The translations under genes and the position numbers were made by a program. This document shows, piece after piece, positions 9,597 to 20,334 of a DNA stretch of 64,000 bases (position 1 is the stretch's first letter; each line of letters begins with the position of its first letter). Source of the stretch: a virus (taxonomy: Duplodnaviria > Caudoviricetes). Location: IMG/VR virus record IMGVR_UViG_3300020577_007013. One strand, given 5' to 3'. The notes under the pieces are model-generated. The model saw only the letters and a list, made by a program, of their open reading frames with translations. It searched no databases and had not been told where the DNA came from.

Positions 9597-11792
9597 TTAG
9601 AGTTCTTTCGAAAAATCTATTTCGCAGGCGCCGCCTGCACAAGCTGCTGTCTGCGCAAGTTCTGTCTTGTCTTCTTTTTCCAATAATAGTGTATAGTCAA
9701 CTGACTTGAAATCTTTTATTAAGTTATCCCATTTCTCTTTATCTTCTACTAAGACTCTTTCCATAGGTGGCTGCTGATATCCTTTATCTCCTGACTTAGG
9801 AAGAAGGGAGATTGCCGTAAAGAACTTTTGATTTTCGAAAATGTAATTCTCTACTTGTTCCCATTCATCAGTATCGACTTCAACAGTACAACTTACATTA
9901 TGAGTAATGGGTTTTTTATTTGCTTCAGAAGTTCCAGGAATTACCCAATTTTCTTGAGTATTTTTTATGATATGGAGATGTTTCAATGCATCAAGATCAT
10001 CTTTTACAAAAGATTTTTTAGGAATCTCAATTGGAAATGTTATGACATCATCCGTCTTAGTAGACGACCAAACAGATTCTTCGCACATGTGAGGATTGAT
10101 TTTTTTGAATAATTTATAGGGATTCTCTTGTTTATTGACTTGAACTCTTCTAAAATATTTGTGAGCATGGTGAGCATGAATTCCGGATGCTGATTTAAGA
10201 ACTAAAGAACTCGAACCTTCGGGTTTAGTAGTAGTCACCCTAGCTGCTTGCTTAATGTAAATCTTAGCTGCCCATTCTTTGTTGACTTTCACAGCAAACT
10301 TTGATGCTGTATATTGATTCTTCTCATTAAGAAGAATATTAGGATTATCCATATACCCTGTAATCGAGACCCCCAACAGAGCTTCATCTTCTGTAAGACG
10401 TTTTGCTACATTTGAAAGATAAGGAAAGTCAGTATATCCAGCTTGTAGTGTCCCAATTATTGTTGCAGCTTCAGAGCATTCTAAAAATTCTTCTAATGAA
10501 GTGACTTTTGCACCATTAATTGATGTCAAGTTACAAAATTGAACTCCACACTCACCATTTTCAGTTACAGGAACAAAGGAAATTTCGAAGCACGGATTAA
10601 AAAGTGAGTCTTCATGGTCTACGAATACGAAGCCAGGTTCTCCCCACATTTTTGTGTTTTCAATAACTGAATGGAGCTTGTCTTTAGAGAATTTTCCTCT
10701 CAAAAGTCTGACAGAATTATTCGACCTTGCTCTCCAAGGATAAATTCTATGCCATTGAATGACTTTCTCTTTTCTAAGACGTTTGTACTCATACTGAGAG
10801 ATCTCCACTTCATATTTTCTTCCGTCTACAGTAACACTTCCCTGATATTTTTTCTTATCTTTATCAAAGATGAAGCCTCCTCTTTTTTCAACGGTAAACT
10901 CTGTCTTTGACTTCATCATATCAATATCTGACTCATCAAAGATAACTGCAGTAGCGGCTCTTCTAATTCCACCACTAAGAACTGCGTCAGATGAATGCAT
11001 TAAAATATCATAGACGTCTACTGATCTGACTCTTTTGAGTTTTTTGTATTCGATCACATAATCGAGATGTTCCTTAATTCTTTCCAAAGACTGTTTAAGT
11101 CCTTTGTATCCAGGAGCTTTTCCACCACCAGTTTTAAGTGGACTTCCTTTTTTTCTTATCTTAGAAAAGTCAAAGTTAATTTTTCTTCCTGTATAAGGAG
11201 TATTTTTGAAATAGCACATTAAAAGAGCTTCTAAAGAGTCAGCCCATCCTTCTATTGTGTCTTCAACAATATATGTGACTGTTGTTCCCTTCTTATCTGA
11301 CTCGTCTACAAGATCTGGAAGTCTTGAAAGAAACTTTTCATTGATACCGTATGAGACTCCCGTACCACACAATAAAAGATAGAAGCTTTCTGAAAAAGCT
11401 CTTAAAGAATCCATGTGTCTTACTGCACAGTTGTACATTCTGGCATTGTGAGCAAAGATCGCTTTACCGCCAAACTGCATTGATCTCATTGAAGGAACGA
11501 CTCTCTTGTCTCTCACTAAAGTAAAAGCCCATTTTATTTTGTCTAAACTTTCTTTGTCTAACCAAGAGTATTTCTCTAAATGCATAGAGAGAACTCTATC
11601 TACAGCTTCATCCCAAGTCTCTCTTCTCTGTTTGTCTTCTAAGTATCTCGCATACTTTGATGTGAAAATAAATTTTGAGATTTCCTCTAATGAGTCGATT
11701 GACTCAATCGATTTATTTTGAGTTTCTGTTATCATGTTTTCTATATCCGTTAGCATAATTTGAAATAAATTAGTTAGAAAAAGTCTATTCAA
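9597..11792 (-). CDS. nrdJ: class II (adenosylcobalamin-dependent) ribonucleotide reductase
   Basis: PSMRSMQFGG, YNC, GGIRRAA, NPCFEI, KPEGSSS, C-terminal ACAGGACEI; true start may be ATG 11756 or 11735. Confidence 0.92.
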   Translation of the reverse strand: MNRLFLTNLFQIMLTDIENMITETQNKSIESIDSLEEISKFIFTSKYARYLEDKQRRETWDEAVDRVLSMHLEKYSWLDKESLDKIKWAFTLVRDKRVVPSMRSMQFGGKAIFAHNARMYNCAVRHMDSLRAFSESFYLLLCGTGVSYGINEKFLSRLPDLVDESDKKGTTVTYIVEDTIEGWADSLEALLMCYFKNTPYTGRKINFDFSKIRKKGSPLKTGGGKAPGYKGLKQSLERIKEHLDYVIEYKKLKRVRSVDVYDILMHSSDAVLSGGIRRAATAVIFDESDIDMMKSKTEFTVEKRGGFIFDKDKKKYQGSVTVDGRKYEVEISQYEYKRLRKEKVIQWHRIYPWRARSNNSVRLLRGKFSKDKLHSVIENTKMWGEPGFVFVDHEDSLFNPCFEISFVPVTENGECGVQFCNLTSINGAKVTSLEEFLECSEAATIIGTLQAGYTDFPYLSNVAKRLTEDEALLGVSITGYMDNPNILLNEKNQYTASKFAVKVNKEWAAKIYIKQAARVTTTKPEGSSSLVLKSASGIHAHHAHKYFRRVQVNKQENPYKLFKKINPHMCEESVWSSTKTDDVITFPIEIPKKSFVKDDLDALKHLHIIKNTQENWVIPGTSEANKKPITHNVSCTVEVDTDEWEQVENYIFENQKFFTAISLLPKSGDKGYQQPPMERVLVEDKEKWDNLIKDFKSVDYTLLLEKEDKTELAQTAACAGGACEIDFSKEL

Positions 11793-12516
11793 AAAGATTT
11801 TTGAATTTATCTTTTTTTACATATTTGACAGAGTCTTCAAATTTGAGAAGCACAAAATTCCTATCAATGAGTTCGAACATCGATTTACCGTAAATATTAT
11901 GTACCTCTAATGGGAGAATATTTGAAGTCACTATTACTCTCACTTGTCTTGAGAGGATGTCTCTGAAAAATGCATCCCAAGCAGAGATAATTAAGTTTTT
12001 GCTTTCCTCTCTTCTCCACATAATTGATTTTGTCACGTCAAAACAATCATCGATTACCAATAGATCACAATTTCTGTATTCAGCAATCTTTGCTTTTGAC
12101 TCGTCTTCAGAGCCGTATCCTGATTGTTTGAGAAGAACTTCTGCCAATGACCCAGCTAAAGTAAATCTAACATGAAGTCCTTTCCTTATAAATTCCTTCG
12201 CTATCGAACAAGCGACTGTTGTCTTTCCTGAAGAGTTTCCACCATAGAGATATAGAGAGACATCGTGGAATTTTTCTGCTTTGCATTCATTTGCATATTT
12301 AATGCAGTTCTCTACTTGAGGTTTCGACTTATCCCAAGGAAATGAGTTAAAATCAAGATCCCAATAATCATTAGGAATCCCACTCAATCCTAGAAAATAA
12401 TTGAATTTCTCTCTTTGAATTTTTTCTTTCCATTCTGGATTAAGCTCAGCTGTGAGCTCTCCGTTAATTTCCCTATATATGTATCTCTCAATCTCTTTAT
12501 TTTGAGTATTGCTCAA
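11785..12516 (-). CDS. DnaC/IstB-like helicase loader ATPase
   Basis: SGIP, YLYGGNSSGKT, DLLVIDD, IVTSN, DR motifs. Confidence 0.85.
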   Translation of the reverse strand: MSNTQNKEIERYIYREINGELTAELNPEWKEKIQREKFNYFLGLSGIPNDYWDLDFNSFPWDKSKPQVENCIKYANECKAEKFHDVSLYLYGGNSSGKTTVACSIAKEFIRKGLHVRFTLAGSLAEVLLKQSGYGSEDESKAKIAEYRNCDLLVIDDCFDVTKSIMWRREESKNLIISAWDAFFRDILSRQVRVIVTSNILPLEVHNIYGKSMFELIDRNFVLLKFEDSVKYVKKDKFKNLFE

Positions 12517-12946
12517 AGTCTACTCCTATTGCCATATATCTCTCAAGTAAAGTCGCTAAAGCTTTACTAAGCTCATCGACAGTCAAATCATTTATCGAAG
12601 GAACCGAGTCAATTTGAAGATCCCCTATTTTTATTTTTCTCACTGGAAAAATTGATTTTTTCAGTTCTTCGTGAAGTGCTCTACGATTCTGAGCGTCGAA
12701 AATTGTACCATCCCTTTTGGCATAAAAATCTAAGATTGCCCCAACACAACAGAACCATTTTCTATGCTGTCTTACAGTTCTCGAGTCTACAGAAGACTTC
12801 GTTTTCTTAAGAGATGATTTGATTACGGATTTGTCTTCATAACATTTCTCTATATATTCGAAAAGATCATCATCAAAGAATGATAAGTCAAGCTCTATCG
12901 TTCCCTTGACTTTATCAAATTTAGATATCTTAGAAAGAAAGTCCAT
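12497..12946 (-). CDS. NinB/Orf-like recombination protein
   Basis: RTVRQHRKWF...LHEELK...SINDLTVDEL pattern. Confidence 0.5.
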   Translation of the reverse strand: MDFLSKISKFDKVKGTIELDLSFFDDDLFEYIEKCYEDKSVIKSSLKKTKSSVDSRTVRQHRKWFCCVGAILDFYAKRDGTIFDAQNRRALHEELKKSIFPVRKIKIGDLQIDSVPSINDLTVDELSKALATLLERYMAIGVDFEQYSK

Positions 12947-13230
12947 TAAAACTCTATCGTTCCTGTAGATTCGTAGACAATAAGCTTGTCAGTAAGCTCT
13001 CTCGAAAGATTATGAATCTCTAAAATTGTAAGAGACTCTTTTCGAGAGTATGGGAAACAAAGAGCTCGTATTGATTTTTTCACACAAAGAAGATTTCTTT
13101 CATGTTCAGTAAGAACTGTGTCATTCTCTATTTGTTCATTAAAATTTTTGACAAGCTCCTTAAACGTATCTATGAAAACCATAGGGTCTTTTTCCCAAGT
13201 CTCTCTTAATGTGATTGTCTCAAGTGCCAT
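12946..13230 (-). CDS. hypothetical protein
   Basis: coupled ORF in the operon. Confidence 0.55.
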   Translation of the reverse strand: MALETITLRETWEKDPMVFIDTFKELVKNFNEQIENDTVLTEHERNLLCVKKSIRALCFPYSRKESLTILEIHNLSRELTDKLIVYESTGTIEF

Positions 13231-15085
13231 TTAGCAGCCTACTGATGTCTTCTTCAGAAAGTTCTTTATTGAGATAAGAATCATTAAACTCAGCTCTACT
13301 AAGATTTCTATTGACCCTAACTGCGTCAATCGTGTCATCAAAAACAAAGATTGTCACGATTGTGTCCTTTTCTGAAGTAATTCGATAAGTTCTGTCGAGT
13401 GCTTGTCGATAGTCTGTAGTATTCCAAGGAGTGGTGAAGAAGACCACTTTGTGTGATCCTTTTTGGAGATTGATCCCAGTACTTGAAGTGAGAGATGAAA
13501 GGAGAATAAGTTTACACTCAGAATTCCTGTCATTAAAGATGTCTTGAGCTGACTGTCGTTCTTGCTCTGTGGTGTTTTTGCTTCCATGAATTGTGATTGG
13601 TTTGTATTTATAATAACGTTCTTCCAACATGTCTAAAGTTAGTGGATGAGTGTCAAAGACTACGACCTTTTCATTACAGTCTTCTATGCTCTCTCTTAAA
13701 TACTCATCTAAGAACTCAAGCCTAGGATCATCTGAAAAGTCATATCTCGAAAGAAGCTTATTAATGTAGTCATTTCTTGATTTTGCTTCTAGAAGTAAAG
13801 TGTTATCAACCGTTTGACACACCTTGGTAAAGTATTTGAAGATATTTCCTGTTGTAATTCTTCTACCATTTGCTTTATTTTCTGCAGTCTCTTGATTTGA
13901 AAAGTATTCATATATTTGCTTTTGGATAGGGTTCAGTTCTACATAAAGTTTCTTGACAATTCTCCTAGTCTTCATTTCTGGAAGGTCTTCTTTGATCCTC
14001 TTAATGCAATTCATTTTAAGTCGATCTTTGTATTCAAGAATCTTCTGTTCATTATAGGACTGAATAGCCCAAGGATTAAACGGATCTCCGATTCTCTTAG
14101 CAATTGAGATAAGAAATGAGCCTTCAGTTTGATTAAAAATGAAGGGGTCAAGTAACTTCATCTGGAAGTAAAACTCTTCAAAACGATTGATTGAAGGAGT
14201 CCCTGACAAAAATCCTCTGTAATCGAATTCTGATATGAAGCATTCGATAGCTTTGCTCATTGTAGCATTTGAGTTCTTAAAGCAATGAGCCTCGTCTATG
14301 ATAAGCTGAATACTTTTCTTTTTCCATTTATCTTTAATTGAAAAATACTTCCTACTCCATCTCCTATCAGAATTATTGATTCTTTTAAGTTTTCCTTTTT
14401 TCTTGTCGAATTTCTTCTGTTGCTTTCTATAAGAGACCATAATATCAGCAACCAGATGATTTGGAGTTATAATGAGTTTTTTATCAATAGCATTCTCAAA
14501 AAGATTCTTCTTATTCTCGTTATTGACGAGTAGTATGTCTTCTTTCTTGAAGACATTTGAAAACATGAGAGTCTCTTTAAGCCAATGATACGAAAGACCA
14601 TTTTTTGAAATTAAGAAAATTGCATCGATTTTCCCTTCTTTGAAAAGTTGAGACATGACGGTTATGGTCTCAATCGATTTTCCGAGTCCACAATCCAACA
14701 TATTGTAGAATCTAGTGCGTCCAAGAAAAAACTTTATGTCTTCCTTTTGATAGTCAAAAAGTTGAGTTCCTTCAGTCAGAACTGATTCATCTAACTGAGC
14801 TCCTCTAAAAAATTGGGTTTCTCTTTTATAAAGAGATGTTTCTAGTCTCTTTGCTTCGTCAAAGACTCCCCTATTCTTATATTGAATTTCCCATTTGAAA
14901 TAGTCACACCAATGTATGAACTCTAAAAATGAGTCTCTTTTGAAGATGTGACAGTCTAGGTCTTTATCATATTTAAAGTAAAGTACAGATGAAAGAACTT
15001 TGAAATCTTCAAAATCATAGAATGCGTAGTTTACTTTATCTTTGTAGACATAAAAAAGGGAGTTTGAATGGTCAACAATGAACAT
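13220..15085 (-). CDS. SNF2-family helicase/annealing ATPase
   Basis: LFDYQ, DCGLGKS, IIDEAH, SGTP, GINLQ, QALDRTYR. Confidence 0.9.
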   Translation of the reverse strand: MFIVDHSNSLFYVYKDKVNYAFYDFEDFKVLSSVLYFKYDKDLDCHIFKRDSFLEFIHWCDYFKWEIQYKNRGVFDEAKRLETSLYKRETQFFRGAQLDESVLTEGTQLFDYQKEDIKFFLGRTRFYNMLDCGLGKSIETITVMSQLFKEGKIDAIFLISKNGLSYHWLKETLMFSNVFKKEDILLVNNENKKNLFENAIDKKLIITPNHLVADIMVSYRKQQKKFDKKKGKLKRINNSDRRWSRKYFSIKDKWKKKSIQLIIDEAHCFKNSNATMSKAIECFISEFDYRGFLSGTPSINRFEEFYFQMKLLDPFIFNQTEGSFLISIAKRIGDPFNPWAIQSYNEQKILEYKDRLKMNCIKRIKEDLPEMKTRRIVKKLYVELNPIQKQIYEYFSNQETAENKANGRRITTGNIFKYFTKVCQTVDNTLLLEAKSRNDYINKLLSRYDFSDDPRLEFLDEYLRESIEDCNEKVVVFDTHPLTLDMLEERYYKYKPITIHGSKNTTEQERQSAQDIFNDRNSECKLILLSSLTSSTGINLQKGSHKVVFFTTPWNTTDYRQALDRTYRITSEKDTIVTIFVFDDTIDAVRVNRNLSRAEFNDSYLNKELSEEDISRLLNGT

Positions 15086-15088
15086 AGT

Positions 15089-17791
15089 CTATGCTGCATT
15101 TGGATATCTTGTCCAAAGTTTTTCATTTCTTAGATTGATACGTTCGACCATCTGTTTAAATTCATCAGGATTTTTTTTCCAATATTCATGCTTCTTTCCA
15201 AATCCCCAGATCTCACCGTATTTGATCTCAGCTTTTAACTTGACTTTACTACCTAACCGATTCTCATAATATTTTCTCGACATGCATTCTTTGAGAATTT
15301 CTACTACTTCGTCAAGTTCAGGAACGTAAGTCTCGACTAGAATTGAGTCATGAACATTAGAAAGAACTCTCGATCTAAAATCTCTCTTTCTAAATTCCTC
15401 TCTAATCGAGCACATTGCTAAGAGACATGTTTGACCAGAAGATCCTTGAATAGGAGCATTAATGACTCCATTCATCATAGAGTTCATCCGTTTACGTCTG
15501 TCTTTATTATTGCCATCTCTACCAATATAAGTCAATTCAGGAAATCTTCTTTTCTTTCCTGTAAGAGTCTTGACCCAACCTACTTTTTTAGCTTGAGTCC
15601 TAAAGTCATCCATATATTTTTTGAATTCAGGATACGTCTCATAGAAGACTTGAAGAAAAAGTTTAGCTGTTTCGATGTCTACACCAAGATTCGACTGTAA
15701 TCCGAATTCAGTAGATCCATATAGACACGAAAAAATAGTTGACTTTCCTTGACCTCGAATCTTTACAAATTCAGGTATCTCATCAATTTTAGCATATTGA
15801 AAGATTTCTTCGTATGTGTAAAATTTTCCAGTTTGTGGATTTATTTTACCTAATGCTTTCATCATCTGAGATGCAAGAAATGAGTGCATGTCCTTACCTA
15901 AAAGTAAGTTTTCTTCCAATGGTCCAGTACCACTAATTTGAGAAGCTTGTCCTACTTCCATGCCTTCATAGTCAGCTTCTATAAAGACATGATCTTTAAT
16001 CGGAAGAAATAGTTTACGAAAAGCTTCTTTCTTTGTAAAATTCTGAAAGTTAACTGAAGATCTCAGACCACCTCTAGAAGCCATCCTTCCAGTGTCTGTA
16101 CCTCCTAAGTCAAATCCACCATGAAGTCGATTATCATAGACAGAAGCTAAGAATCCGTCTTGTTCTTCTATTGGAACATCTATTAAGTCTTCATCTATTT
16201 CGAATAAAACTTTTTGCTTAAATTCCTCTTTAATGGTCTTATTTTTCTCTGCTTCAGCATCTCTAATTTGTGAGAGTTCTTTTTGTATATGATAGTAATG
16301 AGAGATCTTTTTAGCTAATGGAAATCCTTTCTCAGCATACATATCCATGATGTCTCTACCGAGTTGAAGATCTCCAGTTTTCGTTCTTAATTCATTTCCT
16401 TCTTCATCTTTAAGAACTTTGAAACCAGGAACTTTCTCTAAGACTTTCGTAAGTTCTTTCTTACTATTGAGATTAAAAGATCTTCCAGCAAGCTTATAGA
16501 TTTCGTCTTCAATTTCTCTGGCTTCTTTTTTCATTGAGTCAGCATATTCATTAAGATAGACACGATCCAACTGAATTCCAGTATATTCGACCTCAATGAT
16601 CATGTCAGTTGCCTTCATCATGACATTATAGAAATTGTTTCTCACGTCTTCGTCTTCTTCTAAGAGTCGTTTTTCAAAATATTTCTTAAGAATATAGGTA
16701 ATTATCGCATCTGTACAAGCGTATTCTAAAAGAATGTTAATCGGTACTTTTGTAAAATTTTTCCTGACTTCCTCATCATTTAGAGATTTCTTCAACTTCG
16801 TCTCATAACCACCATACTTTGTGAAAATCCAAGTGTTCGGTTTTAGACCTTTTGGTTTATTCTCATTGAGAATGTAGGAAGCATACATTGTGTCAAAATC
16901 ATTTCTAGCATTATGTATACCATTAGCTTTCAAGAATTTTACGTCGAATTGTCCATTCTGAAAAATGAAACAAATTCTTTTTAATGCGAAAAGCTGAATG
17001 AGAAGATCTTTATCGATGTCTTTGAAAAAAGCAAAATGTCCGTCAGTCTCATTAAATGCAAATTGTATACTGTATAATTCATCTCTATAGTAATCTAATC
17101 CCGAAGTCTCGATATCGACAGATAAGTCTATGATTGATTCATCTGCTATGATTTTTCTAATGAACTCATTGGGATCTTCTAATTTAATATAATTGAGTTT
17201 CGGAATTCTTGCTTTCGGTTGAATTGCTAATTCACATGCTAGTTGAATTTGTTTTTTTGTATGATCAAATTCAAATACGTCCAATATAGCGTTATTGCTA
17301 TTCCATGTAAATAAAGCAGGGAGTGGAACCACGTTACATTTGAACTCAGGAGAATAAAGATATTTCTCATCCTTATGAAGAGAAAAGAAATGATCAGGCT
17401 TGAGATCTTTCATTTCAGTAATTGTATAAAGAGAACGTCCAGTAGTCACAATTACTTTCGGATTGTATTCGAGAATTCTTTTCTTAATGTTTGCTGCTTT
17501 ACAAGTAGAATAAGTATTTACTGTATCTCCTGAACTAAATCCTTTCGGAGTACAACCGAGACCAGGAATTATTGCATACTTGAATTTGTCTTTTAGTGTA
17601 TGTCTGACAAGAGAAGCAAAATTTTTATTTAGATTGTCTCTTTCTTTGAATTCTAGAAGAAAAAGAATATCGACTTCTCCGGTCTTCTCACCATCAAATG
17701 TCTGATTGTAAGTATACTCGAATATTGCTTCCTTATTCGCTGCACAATGACAGTTCGCTACAAATTGTCTTTTGAAAAAATCTTGTTTCAT
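15089..17791 (-). CDS. family A DNA polymerase with N-terminal UDG-like domain and 3'-5' exonuclease
   Basis: PKVIVTTG (UDG-like), DIETSG/FDVKFL/YACTD exonuclease motifs, TDTGRMAS, ADYEGME, KSTIFSCLYG, NAPIQG, VHDS. Confidence 0.93.
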   Translation of the reverse strand: MKQDFFKRQFVANCHCAANKEAIFEYTYNQTFDGEKTGEVDILFLLEFKERDNLNKNFASLVRHTLKDKFKYAIIPGLGCTPKGFSSGDTVNTYSTCKAANIKKRILEYNPKVIVTTGRSLYTITEMKDLKPDHFFSLHKDEKYLYSPEFKCNVVPLPALFTWNSNNAILDVFEFDHTKKQIQLACELAIQPKARIPKLNYIKLEDPNEFIRKIIADESIIDLSVDIETSGLDYYRDELYSIQFAFNETDGHFAFFKDIDKDLLIQLFALKRICFIFQNGQFDVKFLKANGIHNARNDFDTMYASYILNENKPKGLKPNTWIFTKYGGYETKLKKSLNDEEVRKNFTKVPINILLEYACTDAIITYILKKYFEKRLLEEDEDVRNNFYNVMMKATDMIIEVEYTGIQLDRVYLNEYADSMKKEAREIEDEIYKLAGRSFNLNSKKELTKVLEKVPGFKVLKDEEGNELRTKTGDLQLGRDIMDMYAEKGFPLAKKISHYYHIQKELSQIRDAEAEKNKTIKEEFKQKVLFEIDEDLIDVPIEEQDGFLASVYDNRLHGGFDLGGTDTGRMASRGGLRSSVNFQNFTKKEAFRKLFLPIKDHVFIEADYEGMEVGQASQISGTGPLEENLLLGKDMHSFLASQMMKALGKINPQTGKFYTYEEIFQYAKIDEIPEFVKIRGQGKSTIFSCLYGSTEFGLQSNLGVDIETAKLFLQVFYETYPEFKKYMDDFRTQAKKVGWVKTLTGKKRRFPELTYIGRDGNNKDRRKRMNSMMNGVINAPIQGSSGQTCLLAMCSIREEFRKRDFRSRVLSNVHDSILVETYVPELDEVVEILKECMSRKYYENRLGSKVKLKAEIKYGEIWGFGKKHEYWKKNPDEFKQMVERINLRNEKLWTRYPNAA

Positions 17792-19101
17792 TAATAGAGC
17801 TTCACTTGAGTACAGTTAAGTTTTTGACCGAAATCATTTAACTCGAAGAATAATTGATCTTCGTTCACCCAATTAGCTATATTATAGTTTTCTTTATTTA
17901 TGAAAATAATTGTGTTTGCTTTCTTAACTGAGCTTTCTAAGTCTTCTACTAAAATGTCTTTGATCTGTCCTAATTGAGGAATCAAAGTCTTTGAGTTCGT
18001 TCCGTCTTTTAGAGATTCAGTAACATTGAAGTCATGAACCATGACATTAAAAGTCTTCTCCTCTTTTAAGAGTTTATTGACAAGAGTCACATTAGGACTC
18101 ATCCTCACATCATCCGTTCCTTCTTTAAAGGAGAGTCCCAAAACAAGAACAGTATGCTTTGTAATATTGCTTAGAAGTCTATGGGTGAGAAGCAATTGCC
18201 TAAAGACTGATTCAATTTTCTCTTCATTACTTTGTTCGATTCTGCTGAATAAATTATGCTTACTAGAATGTAAAGCTGATAGAGCACGTAAATCCTTCGG
18301 AAGACATGATCCACCGTATGCAAAACCAGGACTCAAATACTTGGAAGATATATTGAGCTGAGTATCTCGTTTAAAAAGTTCCATTACTGAGTCGGAGTCT
18401 ATTTTATTTTCTCTACAAATCTGTGAGACTTCATTTGCAAACACAATTTTAAGAGCATGCCAAGAATTATTTACCATTTTGATAATCTCAGCTTCTTCAG
18501 CTTTACAGAATTTGACTTCTGATTTTGTCTTGTAAATATCTCTGCATATTGACTCCACAAATTCATTTTCCTCTCTGAGCCCAAATAATGTGAAAGGAGG
18601 ATTCATGAAGTCTTGAATAGCTTTTCCTTCTCTAAGAAACTCAGGATTCATGACGACATCGAAGTCTTTACTGATCTTCTTTCCAGAAGAGTTCTCTAGA
18701 ATAGAAGCCACATTTCTAAGAGCTCCTGGCATTACAGTACTACGAATTGCTATGAGATGAAACGTAGTCTTTTCTGACAAGACCTTTCCAATATTGTCTG
18801 CTACTTTATAGATTGCTGTAAGATCAAGTTCTCCGTTGAATTTATTTGGAGTTCCTATGCAAATAAGTGAAAGATCGGTATTGAGAATTGCATCCTTGAC
18901 TGAATTTGTTGCTTTTATAAATTGCTTATTGACTCTAAATAAGTCGTCTAGACCATTTTCTTTGATAGTCGGCTTTCCATTGTTAATGAGATCTATTTTC
19001 GACTCATCTATGTCTACACCTAGGACATCATGTCCCATATCAGAAAGACATCCTATATTAACACATCCGACATATCCTAAACCGAATACTGAGATTTTCA
19101 T
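17791..19101 (-). CDS. GDP-mannose/UDP-glucose 6-dehydrogenase (AlgD-like)
   Basis: GLGYVG, NPEFLREG, NSWHALKIVFANE, PGFAYGGSCLPKD, GLSFKEGTDDVRMSP. Confidence 0.92.
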   Translation of the reverse strand: MKISVFGLGYVGCVNIGCLSDMGHDVLGVDIDESKIDLINNGKPTIKENGLDDLFRVNKQFIKATNSVKDAILNTDLSLICIGTPNKFNGELDLTAIYKVADNIGKVLSEKTTFHLIAIRSTVMPGALRNVASILENSSGKKISKDFDVVMNPEFLREGKAIQDFMNPPFTLFGLREENEFVESICRDIYKTKSEVKFCKAEEAEIIKMVNNSWHALKIVFANEVSQICRENKIDSDSVMELFKRDTQLNISSKYLSPGFAYGGSCLPKDLRALSALHSSKHNLFSRIEQSNEEKIESVFRQLLLTHRLLSNITKHTVLVLGLSFKEGTDDVRMSPNVTLVNKLLKEEKTFNVMVHDFNVTESLKDGTNSKTLIPQLGQIKDILVEDLESSVKKANTIIFINKENYNIANWVNEDQLFFELNDFGQKLNCTQVKLY

Positions 19102-19640
19102 TATTTTACCTCTATATGTTCCACTGAGATTCCGTTTGATTTCATTAATTCAAGACCTTGAGTCTCTCTATCATAAACTTCAGAGTAGACCACTCTCTTG
19201 ATTCCTGATATAATAATCACTTTTGAACAAGCTAGACAACTCGATAATGTAATGTAAAGAGTTGAGTCCTTTAATTGTTCTCTATCAGCAAATAAGATCG
19301 CATTCTGTTCTGCATGAAGTTCATTCAAACTAGAGAAATGTCCATGAGCATCATAGAACTCTTGAGTTCCTTTCCATTTCTTGTAAGCAAGCTCTATATC
19401 AAAATGCTCTTCTGTAGGGTATCTAAATAAAGGGTTTGTCCCGTCTCTCCATACAGACTCTGAGAATACATTCTTGAAATGATCGCAACAATGAAGACTC
19501 TTACTAGAAGATCCGTTCCATCCCGTTGATATAATCCTTTTATTTTTCGTAATTACTGCTCCGACATTCACTCTCGCACACGTAGAGTTCTCTGCTACAA
19601 TTTTAGCAATCTTTAGAAACCTTAGATCTTTCTCAATCAT
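19101..19640 (-). CDS. dCMP deaminase
   Basis: VGAVI, TGWNG, HAEQNAI, SCLACSK. Confidence 0.92.
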   Translation of the reverse strand: MIEKDLRFLKIAKIVAENSTCARVNVGAVITKNKRIISTGWNGSSSKSLHCCDHFKNVFSESVWRDGTNPLFRYPTEEHFDIELAYKKWKGTQEFYDAHGHFSSLNELHAEQNAILFADREQLKDSTLYITLSSCLACSKVIIISGIKRVVYSEVYDRETQGLELMKSNGISVEHIEVK

Positions 19641-20334
19641 TCTTTTTCTCTACAAATGAGTCTAGGATTTTGAAGTGTCTTTCATAAATGTGCATGCTAG
19701 AAGTATAGAAAAACAGTGACCCGACTTCGAGTTTCAAATCTTCTGCAAGCTTCCTAAGTAAATAGCCGAACCAATAGATATCGTACGAAAAACCAAAAAT
19801 AAGATCGGTACTTCTCATAAAAACTCTTGAATTAAGTTTTCCTTCTTTAACTCTGAATGTCTGATTCAATGTACAAACAAAGTCTTTGTTTCCGTCATAT
19901 TTATGTTTAGGCTGATTGTAGTTAATGACGGCTTGTCGAGATTCTATATCATCTCTAAAACATTTTAAACACCAATCGTATTGGCTCATTCCATTAAGAG
20001 TCTCTTTGAATACTATGAATCCGTAATTTGAGTTAAGCTTTCCGAAAGGACTTTCGATTTTACCCCAAAATGATGAATGTTTTTTGATTCCTTCAGAATC
20101 CAATGTTCCGTTCAAGTACCATTCCATTTCTCCTTTAAGATAATCCATTGAAAGGTCTCGTTCAGGGAGAGTTATTGTGCAATTTGTCTCAGTAGGATCT
20201 GTAATCTCTATGAAAACGTCCTCTAACTCGATAGTCTTAAGACCTCTAGGAGAAGAGTTCAGACCATTGTAATTTAGCTCGCAACAGACTTGACTAAAGA
20301 TTCCGTTAGCGTCTTTGTCTCTAAGTTCAGTCAT
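19633..20334 (-). CDS. thymidylate-synthase-fold dCMP hydroxymethylase-like enzyme
   Basis: NYG, RQAVI, DFVCT catalytic Cys, MRSTD...GFSYD (Asp at the base-specificity position, as in T4 gp42), HIYERH. Confidence 0.8.
   Translation of the reverse strand: MTELRDKDANGIFSQVCCELNYNGLNSSPRGLKTIELEDVFIEITDPTETNCTITLPERDLSMDYLKGEMEWYLNGTLDSEGIKKHSSFWGKIESPFGKLNSNYGFIVFKETLNGMSQYDWCLKCFRDDIESRQAVINYNQPKHKYDGNKDFVCTLNQTFRVKEGKLNSRVFMRSTDLIFGFSYDIYWFGYLLRKLAEDLKLEVGSLFFYTSSMHIYERHFKILDSFVEKKND

Noticed and set aside
9597-11792. Intein in NrdJ (extra ~45-aa segment before PWRARSNNS)
   Set aside because: Too short and lacks splicing motifs; a simple loop insertion
19633-20334. Ordinary thymidylate synthase (thyA)
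   Set aside because: Asp rather than Asn at the specificity position, DFVCT rather than LxPC, and an adjacent glycosyltransferase favour a dCMP-modifying enzyme
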